The translations under genes and the position numbers were made by a program. From the NCBI GenBank assembly GCA_042216335.1, contig JBDGTY010000069.1, forward strand, positions 1 through 14,475: a stretch of 14,475 nt of DNA, given 5' to 3'. This stretch comes from Candidatus Nanohalobium sp. (GTDB taxonomy: Archaea > Nanohalarchaeota > Nanosalinia > Nanosalinales > Nanosalinaceae). The notes beneath the pieces are model-generated. The model did not search any database, had not been told where the DNA came from, and saw nothing but the letters and a program-made list of their open reading frames with translations. Within the stretch, counting starts at the first letter, position 1, and each line of letters starts with the position of its first letter. Below are positions 6,967 to 14,475 of this stretch, piece after piece.

Positions 6967-7155
6967 TTAATCTTTCTTCGAATACTTGTGGAAACTGGCT
7001 TTCTTCCTGTCCTCTTCATCCACATCATCAGTCTTGGATGAGAACTTTTTGGCGTCTCTCTTCAGGTAGCTTCTGCCGCACTGGTGGCACTCTACTCGTT
7101 TCTCTGCCTTGCTTCTTTGTTTGTGGCCACAGTCCGGGCACTGGAAGTATGTCAT
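6967..7155 (-). CDS. Small CPxCG zinc-ribbon protein (62 aa)
   Basis: MTYFQCPDCG...ECHQCG (two CxxC pairs). ATG overlaps the aglH stop (ATGA at 7155-7152), so the 120-aa ORF call is over-extended. Confidence 0.85.
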   Translation of the reverse strand: MTYFQCPDCGHKQRSKAEKRVECHQCGRSYLKRDAKKFSSKTDDVDEEDRKKASFHKYSKKD

Positions 7156-8276
7156 GCTAGCACCGTCTGGAATAGGATGAGTCCTATGATGCATATCGCG
7201 GCCTCGATACCTATCAGTGTTCGGGTTATCTGCTTCTCGTTCATTCCTCGGCGCATCAACGGGTGGGTCAGGGAGTAGTTCTTTTCGTGCTGTGGTTTCA
7301 GTGTTCCATCGCTCTGTAGTTCGCCCCATGAGTGTGCGTTCATACCGCTTCTAAGCTTCAAAGCGAATTCGAGGAACCATGGGATGAAGATGAAGACCGC
7401 GAACTTCTCCATGTTTCCGATAACCGCAGTCGTGAACAGCGCTGCTCCAGCAAGATAAGTCAGCGAGTCTCCCGGCAGTATGGAGGCAGGGTACCGGTTG
7501 TAGATGTAGAAGGCTGTGAGTGTCGCCGCCAGTCCGAATCCGAAGATCATGGCTTCCGGTCTGTCGTTGATGTAGGCGAATACTCCGAGTGCTGTGGCGG
7601 CTACCGCGCTCATGCCTGTCGATAATCCGTTGGTTCCTGCGAGCATGTTGACGACGTTGGCGACGAACAGCAGCATGAAAGGTACGATGAACAGCGGGTA
7701 GAACAGCCCCCAGTTGACAGTCATGTTGATCAATGGTATGTGCATCGTCCATGAACCCGCTCCCACCGCGATCAGAGGCAGTGCAGCAGGTAAAACGAAC
7801 AGCATCTTGGGTATCTGGCCGAGGCCGTTCCTGTGGATATGTTCTGAGTCGTTTTCCGCGAAGCTTCCGGTTATCTTGTTGAATACCGTCATGCCCGGCA
7901 GCTTGACTTCCTCCACAAGGTCGACCTCTACCTGTGAAGCATCAGAGTGCTCAGAGATAAGCGATTCAAGATCGATGTGGATATCATCGAGTAAACCTAT
8001 CAGTGCGATTATGTTGACCGAGGAAAGACCTGCAAAAATCAACGCCTCGTTGATGGGGCGGGGCGAGATCAGGGATGAGATCCCGGTGTAGAGGCTGATC
8101 GAGAACAGGAAACCGAACAGTACGACGACTCCACCTGAGGTAGGCAGCCGGGGCTTGTCCCTTTTCTGCTGGTCGATGCCGTAGATGCCGGAGTCCAGAA
8201 GGAACTTCCTGGCGTAAGGCGTGCCGACGAGCACGGCCAAGAATCCGGCGAGTACTGACAGGGCAAGCGCTATCAT
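7152..8276 (-). CDS. aglH: UDP-GlcNAc:dolichyl-phosphate GlcNAc-1-phosphotransferase (GPT/Alg7/AglH, MraY superfamily)
   Basis: GIDQQK..PTSGG, GLLDD, NVVNMLAGTNGL, NRYPASILPGDS, ~10 TM helices. ATG 8276 overlaps the aglB stop (ATGA). Sugar specificity is inferred. Confidence 0.88.
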   Translation of the reverse strand: MIALALSVLAGFLAVLVGTPYARKFLLDSGIYGIDQQKRDKPRLPTSGGVVVLFGFLFSISLYTGISSLISPRPINEALIFAGLSSVNIIALIGLLDDIHIDLESLISEHSDASQVEVDLVEEVKLPGMTVFNKITGSFAENDSEHIHRNGLGQIPKMLFVLPAALPLIAVGAGSWTMHIPLINMTVNWGLFYPLFIVPFMLLFVANVVNMLAGTNGLSTGMSAVAATALGVFAYINDRPEAMIFGFGLAATLTAFYIYNRYPASILPGDSLTYLAGAALFTTAVIGNMEKFAVFIFIPWFLEFALKLRSGMNAHSWGELQSDGTLKPQHEKNYSLTHPLMRRGMNEKQITRTLIGIEAAICIIGLILFQTVLA

Positions 8277-10972
8277 CTTTCGGTCTGGTTGATATCGACT
8301 TTCCACATTTTGATATAGCCGTTGGATGCCTCCGGCACTTTCTCAGCGTAAGGCACTCCCCAGCCATCCTGGATGTAGAGCCTGACGAACGTCGAGTCGG
8401 CTATCTTCTTCGGCACAAGTACCGCCCGTGCCTGAGACTGGGCACTGATACCTCTTTCAAGGCTGTAGAGTGGATCTTCTGCCAGGCAGAATCCTATTCC
8501 CGAGGTGTTGTAGGTCTGCTTGCCACCATCCGTCAGGACGCAGTCGATCTTCCGGGTGGCTCCGTTACTGAAACGGACGATCGGCGCACCCGAGATATCC
8601 ATAGACGTGTTCGTGGATTCGACCGGCGTATAGATGTCGGCTATGCCTCTGCCGAACCTTCCACGGAAATGCACCAGCGTCTGGTTGCCGTCACTGCTGA
8701 GAGATTTCCTGACGGTTCCAGAAGTACCCATGCGCCTGATCACCTGGTACTGCGAGTTATTCTTGTTGGCGATCTGGCTGACGGCGGCGAACTTTCCTAT
8801 CATGCTGTAGTCCAGCCAGATGTAGTCGACCGAGTGCTTCTGCAGGAAGTCGATATCCTGTGGATTGGTGGCGGTCGAGTTCAGGTAGTCGGCCAGAGGA
8901 TAGTTGATCTTCGGATCCTGTCCCGAGTAGTAACCGAAGTTTCCTCCGTCCGCGACAGCCGGTCTCCTGCCCAGTGTCTCAAAGTAGTATCCGTAGTCCC
9001 ACCAGGACAGCATGCTGGATCCTTCCGGAGTGTTCCGCATGAAGCTCATGCTTGGCTCCCAGACCTGTGGAGATGGCGAAGGCGAGCTGCCAAGGCTCTG
9101 CGCCATGATGAGACCGGAACCGAAGTTCATGGCAACGACGAGGAAGACCAGTGTCGCTGCAAGGGCCTTCCTCAGGTTCTCGGGATGAGTGAACTCTATC
9201 TCTCCAAGTTCCAGCCTCTTTATTCCGTCCATGACCCTGGAGAATGTGTAGCCTGCTCCGAGAGCCATCGAGAACGTGGCAAGGAACACCAGTCGTGACC
9301 TCGTGGTTCCTCCGAAAACATTCGAGACTATCCAGACCAGCGGCAGGACCATGTACCAGTTGAACTCTATGCTGTACTCCGGAAATCCTCCGAAGTAATA
9401 GACAATTACCGTTCCTGCGGCTGCGAGGACGCTCGGCCAGAATACCAGCAACGCAACGTTGCTGAAGAAGCCCGATGAAAAGTTAATCACGAAGATTCCC
9501 AGCGCAATCGGCACTGCACCCATCACCAGCGAGACGATGTTGAAAGCCGATTCATCGTCAAGCAGGTACGAAACAGCCATCAGAACCGCTATCAGTACCG
9601 GCGCCAGGACAAAAGTAAGAGTTGCATACAGGCCGGCACCAGGATAAACTCTTTCAGGCCTTCCATACGCTATAAGCCCTGAAACCAGGAAGAATGTTCC
9701 AGTCATAGCCGACTGGAGGTATGCAGTGTACTTCTTGCCGGAGATGGTCTCCGAAAAGATGCCGTACTTTCTTCCGAGCATCAGGATCACTGACGTCGTT
9801 ATGAAGCCTACAGAGAAAACCATGAAGGTCCAGGAACTCACCATCATACCGATGAACTCGGCGCCTGAGCCGAAGTTAGCCAGTAAACCGGATGCTGTGC
9901 TCCTGACAAGGTCCTCTGCAGCCGGTGGAGCGTTCTCAGCGACCGTCTTGCCTATAACACCGCCGCCAGACTGAAGAGCCTTGTTAAGTATTCCGATAAC
10001 CTTCCCTGCTATAAAATCAGAGTAAAGAGGCGAAAGTATTGCCGCGATACCACCCAGCAACGCAATTGTTGGAGAGAAATACTTCAGTTGTGATTCATCA
10101 AGTATGTTAAGCTCCTCTACAAGATATCTGACCCAGATGAATCCGAGGACTCCCAGTGCGCCGAGGAAAAGATTGGCGGTTAAGCTGAAGCGATTGTAGT
10201 TCACTACAGTGGCGAACAGGCCGCCGATCAGTACTGTCGGCGTGTATGCTGCGATCAGTGAGCGGATGTCCTCGTTTATGAATACTGTTGCGCCTGTTAC
10301 GATAGGGTAGAGCAGCCAGAGCATGTCGGCTCCTCCCCAGGAGATCGTGAAGAGTCCGAGGGATATTCCCGATAGTATTCCATTTTTCCAGCTTTCCTGT
10401 TTCCAGGCCCGTGTGAAGAACACCAGTGAAAGCATCATGAGGAATGTTCCGATCGGTTCTTTCTCGAAGAACCCTGCCGAAGTTCTTCTAAGTGCTCCTG
10501 CGGTTACTGCGAGGAAGAACGCTGCTGAAAGCCCTGTCTTTTTGTTGAAGAGTTCTTTTCCGAGGAAGTACATGGTTCCTACGGAGAGTGCTCCGAGCAT
10601 CGCCGGGTAGAACTGCGCCCATTCAAGATACTGGTTGAAAAATACTCCGAATCCTGCGTTGTAGAGCAGGGCCGGGATCAGGTAGTCTCCCTGGTTCATC
10701 ACGTATGTGGGTGTGGCGTATGGGAAGTACCGTGCGAAGTCGAGCTGCGGCAGGTTACCCTCCAGTGCAATGTGCTGTGACATCCTGTAGATCATGAAGG
10801 GGTCGACCGCCTGGAGGTACTTCATGCCGTTCGCCGGCATGTATCTGAGTATGAATGCCAGTAATACTATGCCGAGAAGTGCTGGTACGTGCCAGTGCTT
10901 TTTCAGGCCTTTTTTCACGGTTTCTGCGTCCAGGCTGTCCTCATATTCTTGAAGTTTCTCGGCCGGGTTCAT
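8273..10972 (-). CDS. aglB: Oligosaccharyltransferase AglB (STT3 family)
   Basis: DPF in the first external loop, GFFEKE, WGG, TVAE (TIxE motif), WWDYG starting at 9004, DYSMIGK, multi-TM N-terminal region and soluble C-terminal domain. Confidence 0.96.
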   Translation of the reverse strand: MNPAEKLQEYEDSLDAETVKKGLKKHWHVPALLGIVLLAFILRYMPANGMKYLQAVDPFMIYRMSQHIALEGNLPQLDFARYFPYATPTYVMNQGDYLIPALLYNAGFGVFFNQYLEWAQFYPAMLGALSVGTMYFLGKELFNKKTGLSAAFFLAVTAGALRRTSAGFFEKEPIGTFLMMLSLVFFTRAWKQESWKNGILSGISLGLFTISWGGADMLWLLYPIVTGATVFINEDIRSLIAAYTPTVLIGGLFATVVNYNRFSLTANLFLGALGVLGFIWVRYLVEELNILDESQLKYFSPTIALLGGIAAILSPLYSDFIAGKVIGILNKALQSGGGVIGKTVAENAPPAAEDLVRSTASGLLANFGSGAEFIGMMVSSWTFMVFSVGFITTSVILMLGRKYGIFSETISGKKYTAYLQSAMTGTFFLVSGLIAYGRPERVYPGAGLYATLTFVLAPVLIAVLMAVSYLLDDESAFNIVSLVMGAVPIALGIFVINFSSGFFSNVALLVFWPSVLAAAGTVIVYYFGGFPEYSIEFNWYMVLPLVWIVSNVFGGTTRSRLVFLATFSMALGAGYTFSRVMDGIKRLELGEIEFTHPENLRKALAATLVFLVVAMNFGSGLIMAQSLGSSPSPSPQVWEPSMSFMRNTPEGSSMLSWWDYGYYFETLGRRPAVADGGNFGYYSGQDPKINYPLADYLNSTATNPQDIDFLQKHSVDYIWLDYSMIGKFAAVSQIANKNNSQYQVIRRMGTSGTVRKSLSSDGNQTLVHFRGRFGRGIADIYTPVESTNTSMDISGAPIVRFSNGATRKIDCVLTDGGKQTYNTSGIGFCLAEDPLYSLERGISAQSQARAVLVPKKIADSTFVRLYIQDGWGVPYAEKVPEASNGYIKMWKVDINQTER

Positions 10973-11030
10973 CCTTGAATACGTGTTGGAGAACCATTCT
11001 TTTTATGGTCTTGCCGAGGAATCCGAGCGG

Positions 11031-11038
11031 TTTATAAG
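11031..11038 (+). promoter_or_regulatory. TATA box in the aglB/secF divergent intergenic region
   Basis: TTTATAAG ends 24 nt before GTG 11063; reads CTTATAAA on the minus strand. Confidence 0.65.
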
Positions 11039-11062
11039 GATTCCAAGACAGGAAACTTTTCT

Positions 11063-11971
11063 GTGAACCTGGAGCAGAAACTTTCGGACAGATACGACGA
11101 AGTATACGGGAACCATCAGAAGTACTTCCTAGTCCCGCTGGTGCTTATCCTTCTCGGAGTCTTCGCGCTAGGAGCAAACTACATCCAGAAAGGCGAACTC
11201 CTGAACAAAGGCACTGACTTCGCTGGCGGGACAGAGGTCGAACTCGACATAAACGGCAGCTTCTCCGCCCAGGAAGTAGAAGACGTGTTCGTTCAGGCAG
11301 GCAGGACGAACGCCGACGCCATAAGAAGCGAAGAAAACGTACTGGTGCAGTTCCCTCCCCCAGACATCAGCCAGAACCAGACAGAAAACATAATGAAGGA
11401 AGCAGGCTACAGCTTCCAGGTCGTCAGCTTCAGGTCGCTATCCGCTGCAGTATCACAGCAGTTCTTCCTCCAGGCCCAGATCGCATTCGTACTGGCATTC
11501 ACAGTCATGAGCCTGGTCATCTTCACAGCATTCAAGGACATCACACCTTCACTCGCAGTCATATTCGCGGCCGCAGGAGACATCATAATCGCAGCAGGAG
11601 GCATGGCACTGTTCGGCATTCCGTTGACACTCGGATCACTGGCCGCACTGCTGATGCTTATCGGTTACTCCGTCGACACAGACATCGTGCTTTCGACACG
11701 AGCATTGAAGCGTGAGAGAGGCACACTGAAGGAGAGGATGTACGAATCCATGAAAACAGGCGTCACGATGAGCTCGGGCGGCATAGCAGGGTTCACGATA
11801 CTCTACATCATCTCAGTTATAATCGTCGGGCCTTCAGAGCTCTCGAATATCGCAGCAGTCATGGTAATCGGATTACTGGCCGACATGCCACTGACATGGC
11901 TCGGAAACACGGCGATACTGAAATCATACATAGAAAATGAATCACTGTTCTACAGAGGTGTATTTGAATAA
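11063..11971 (+). CDS. secF: Protein-export membrane protein SecF
   Basis: GTDFAGGT after TM1, LMLIGYSVDTDIVL with the conserved Asp, 1+5 TM layout, archaeal secF-secD order. GTG start. Confidence 0.95.
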   Translation: MNLEQKLSDRYDEVYGNHQKYFLVPLVLILLGVFALGANYIQKGELLNKGTDFAGGTEVELDINGSFSAQEVEDVFVQAGRTNADAIRSEENVLVQFPPPDISQNQTENIMKEAGYSFQVVSFRSLSAAVSQQFFLQAQIAFVLAFTVMSLVIFTAFKDITPSLAVIFAAAGDIIIAAGGMALFGIPLTLGSLAALLMLIGYSVDTDIVLSTRALKRERGTLKERMYESMKTGVTMSSGGIAGFTILYIISVIIVGPSELSNIAAVMVIGLLADMPLTWLGNTAILKSYIENESLFYRGVFE

Positions 11972-13656
11972 TGGAATTCAGAGACCTGGCAAAGGAATGG
12001 CGCATCTGGGTGCTGGCACTCTTCCTGCTAATCTCAACGATCCAGCTGGTACCACGCGACTCAAACCTGTTCTTCGAGCAGACAGAGGACGGATATGGAT
12101 TCCATACACGGCTTGAGGGCAGGACAAGCATAGAGTTCTCCGGAGGAACACGGATGCTCCTCGACCTAGAGACAAACGCCACAGGACAAGAACTGAAGGA
12201 TATAGCACAGGAAGTCCGCGACACACTTCAGATAAGACTATCGAACTCAGATATACCGGACCCCAGCGTAAGAACCGTCGAACTGAAGCAGGGAGTGTGG
12301 CGAGTCCAAGTCCAGTCCTCGACTACCAACCCCGAGAAACTTAGGAAATTGGTAGAGCGGGAGGGAAGCTTCATGTCCACCATGCCCCTCCGCATCAAAG
12401 ACAGTCAGAACTTCAGCCTCGGCGACTACACATACAGATTCCAACTCAATAACCGGAGCGTAGAAGTAACAGGCCTTGACAACAACTTCTCAACAATAGT
12501 CAAACCGCAGGAAAGATTCCAAATCTCCGACAACGGGATCAGCAACTTCAACACCACATTCATCTACAGAAACTACAACGAATCCACCAACGCTGCAGAG
12601 GTCGAGGCAGTCGTATACACAGGAGAAGACATAAAACAGATCGTGGAGAGCGAGTCACAGATCAGAGGCTCAGGAAACAGCTACGAATACACACTTCCAG
12701 TAATAATTACACAGAAAGCCGCCGAGAACAGGCTGGAAATAAGCCAGAACTACGGCAGCGCACCGATCAGAGGACCAGGAAGCCAGAACTACCTGACCTT
12801 CGAGAACGGAGAGTTCGCACGCTCCGGCCTATACGTCGACGGAAACCTTGAAAACAGGCTTCTCATGGCAGCAGTATTCAGCCAGAGCGCAGAAACCAGG
12901 AGCCAGATCTCAGGGCCCGGAAACAGTCACGAGGCAGCGACAGAAGCTAGAGACGAGATGGTGGCCATACTCAAATCAGGAAGCCTGCCTGTCTCAGTCA
13001 ACGTTGTCAGCAGCAGCCTCCTCAGCTCCAGCCTCGGATCACAGTTCATGACCGCAGCCATCACATCCATAATCGGATCGCTCGTAGCGGTCGGACTGCT
13101 TGTCTTCGTAAGGTACAGAGACCCAAGAGTCGTCATCCCTCTCGTGCTTACAGGAGCATCCGAAGTATACATCCTGCTCGGTATGTACTTCACCAGCGTA
13201 GGAACACTCAGTCTCTCCGCCGTCGCAGGCATAATCGCAGCAGTAGGAACAGGAGTAGACGACCAGATAATCATAACAGACGAATCAGGAAAGGAAAGCC
13301 TCGGAGGATGGCAGAAAAAGATGAAGAGAGCATTCTTCGTCATATTCACATCAGCAGCCTCCACAGCAGGAGCCATGGCGCCCATCCTCGCACCAGGAGC
13401 AGTATCATACCTGGTAGGCGCAGCAGGACTCGGCCTCATCGGCTACACGTTCTACAAAAGAGGTACAGACCGGCACTTCATCGCCATCGGCATGTTCGCA
13501 GTCATGGTATCCGCAGCAACCGCCAGCCTAGGGCCAAGTGGTGCCGCACTCTCAACAATCCAGGAATTCGCCATGACCACCATCCTCGGAATCGCCATAG
13601 GAATCGCCATCACACGCCCGGCATACGCCAAGACGATCGAATATATCAAGGAGTGA
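11971..13656 (+). CDS. secD: Protein-export membrane protein SecD
   Basis: IEFSGGT, LKSGSLP, SEV, GTGVDDQIIITDE, ITRPAY; TAATG overlap with the secF stop. Confidence 0.95.
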   Translation: MEFRDLAKEWRIWVLALFLLISTIQLVPRDSNLFFEQTEDGYGFHTRLEGRTSIEFSGGTRMLLDLETNATGQELKDIAQEVRDTLQIRLSNSDIPDPSVRTVELKQGVWRVQVQSSTTNPEKLRKLVEREGSFMSTMPLRIKDSQNFSLGDYTYRFQLNNRSVEVTGLDNNFSTIVKPQERFQISDNGISNFNTTFIYRNYNESTNAAEVEAVVYTGEDIKQIVESESQIRGSGNSYEYTLPVIITQKAAENRLEISQNYGSAPIRGPGSQNYLTFENGEFARSGLYVDGNLENRLLMAAVFSQSAETRSQISGPGNSHEAATEARDEMVAILKSGSLPVSVNVVSSSLLSSSLGSQFMTAAITSIIGSLVAVGLLVFVRYRDPRVVIPLVLTGASEVYILLGMYFTSVGTLSLSAVAGIIAAVGTGVDDQIIITDESGKESLGGWQKKMKRAFFVIFTSAASTAGAMAPILAPGAVSYLVGAAGLGLIGYTFYKRGTDRHFIAIGMFAVMVSAATASLGPSGAALSTIQEFAMTTILGIAIGIAITRPAYAKTIEYIKE

Positions 13657-13671
13657 AAACAAACCGGGCGT

Positions 13672-14421
13672 ATGCAGGTCCTGATCACCGGAGGCAGCAA
13701 CGGCATCGGAAAAGCCACAGCCCAGCAACTACAGGAAAAAGGCCATGAAGTAACTGTTTTCGACCAAGAAGAACCGGACTACGAAGTAAACTTTCACCAG
13801 GGCGATGTCAGGGACGAGGAAAGAGTAAAGGAAGTGGTTGAAGAGGAGGAGTTCGACGTCCTTGTCAACTGCGCCGGCTTCTACGAACTGGGCAGCATCG
13901 AGGACATGGAAAGAGAGGTAGTGGAGAAGATATTCGACACCAACGTCCACGGATACCTCAACTTCATCCGCCACTCCATGCCAATACTCAGAGAAAGAAA
14001 CGGCAGGATAGTCAATATCGCATCCGTCGCCGGAAGAGTATCAATGCCTTTCTTCGGAGCCTATTGCGGATCCAAACACGCAGTCGAATCAATCAGCGAC
14101 TCACTCAGAAGAGAACAGGACAAAGTCGAAGTCGTCATAGTAGAGCCCGGAGTAGTGGAAACAGGTTTCAACGAAAGAGCCCGGATAGCGCTTGAAAAAT
14201 ACCTTCCAGACTCCTATTACTCGGAAGAATACGAAGAAATAATCGAAGAAGACGGTTTAGATGGCGTGAAGGCTGAAAAAGCCGGAAAGAAAGTAGTGAA
14301 GGCAGTTGAAGCCAGTAGGCCGCGGAGAAGATATCAGGTTCCGTTCAGGGCAAAAATGATTATGTGGCTGAGTATGACACCTCACGTAGTCAAGGACAAA
14401 GTGTTCAAAAACGCGTTCTGA
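13672..14421 (+). CDS. Classical short-chain dehydrogenase/reductase (SDR)
   Basis: TGGSNGIG, NCAG, catalytic Ser in IASVAG, YCGSK (YxxxK), EPG. Asp at the end of beta-2 (VTVFD) suggests NAD(H). Confidence 0.94.
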   Translation: MQVLITGGSNGIGKATAQQLQEKGHEVTVFDQEEPDYEVNFHQGDVRDEERVKEVVEEEEFDVLVNCAGFYELGSIEDMEREVVEKIFDTNVHGYLNFIRHSMPILRERNGRIVNIASVAGRVSMPFFGAYCGSKHAVESISDSLRREQDKVEVVIVEPGVVETGFNERARIALEKYLPDSYYSEEYEEIIEEDGLDGVKAEKAGKKVVKAVEASRPRRRYQVPFRAKMIMWLSMTPHVVKDKVFKNAF

Positions 14422-14452
14422 GACCAGAGCTATTGCTGTTTGGGCAACAGGC

Positions 14453-14466
14453 AAAAGATACTTAAG
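14453..14466 (+). promoter_or_regulatory. Putative BRE + TATA for the next gene beyond the window
   Basis: AAAAGATACTTAAG resembles the promoter at 1421-1435. Confidence 0.45.
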
Positions 14467-14475
14467 TTCTGACAC

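Noticed and set aside
7156..7329. N-terminal extension of the zinc-ribbon ORF
   Set aside because: Overlaps aglH in another frame; the ATGA-coupled ATG at 7155 is the better start.
8277..8306. GTG-start extension of aglH (MESRYQPDRK)
   Set aside because: Lies within the aglB 3' end; ATG 8276 overlapping the aglB stop is more parsimonious.
8669..9298. 209-aa plus-strand ORF
   Set aside because: Antisense shadow inside aglB; no motifs and atypical composition.
12927..13439. 170-aa minus-strand ORF, plus similar shadows at 7714-8091, 9726-9974, 10323-10610 and 11407-11619
   Set aside because: Antisense to hydrophobic membrane-protein genes; the Met/Pro/Thr/Ser-rich translations are a codon-bias artefact.
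13308..13748. 146-aa His/Arg-rich ORF with apparent repeats (RHRH, HHP)
   Set aside because: Alternative frame of the secD TM region; the repeats come from recurring GCA/ATC/GGC codons.
14257..14475. 72-aa minus-strand ORF at the window edge
   Set aside because: Mostly antisense to the SDR 3' end with no halophilic signature; the region looks like a plus-strand promoter.
1..14475. CRISPR arrays, IS elements, long tandem repeats, rRNA, inteins
   Set aside because: None seen by eye; nearly all sequence is accounted for by tightly packed genes.

Overview
Compact archaeal chromosomal segment (~50% GC by eye, Glu/Asp-rich soluble proteins, very short or overlapping intergenic spaces, TATA-box promoters). 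It is most consistent with a streamlined extreme halophile such as a nanohaloarchaeon (inference, no search run). In order: tRNA-Ser(GCT) (-), folC (+), a PRC-barrel protein resembling CdpB cell-division proteins (+), a hypothetical (-), an M24 Xaa-Pro peptidase (-) and a small membrane protein (+). A long minus-strand run follows, read right to left: aglB, aglH/GPT, a CPxCG zinc ribbon, an acidic hypothetical, an Ogg1-type glycosylase, a MazG-like NTP pyrophosphatase, a ubiquitin-like SAMP/ThiS protein, a winged-HTH regulator and a TraB/Tiki-like protein. Divergently from aglB lie secF, secD and an SDR (+). I see no mobile element, CRISPR array or clear defence system; the window is mostly housekeeping. 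The most interesting points are (i) a head-to-head N-glycosylation/Sec locus in which AglB, AglH and SecD each carry a large insertion, (ii) an Ogg-MazG-SAMP-HTH-TraB-like cluster with a perfect operator-like palindrome and a possible AUC start, and (iii) a FolC lacking the conserved carbamylated lysine. All functional links proposed are hypotheses.
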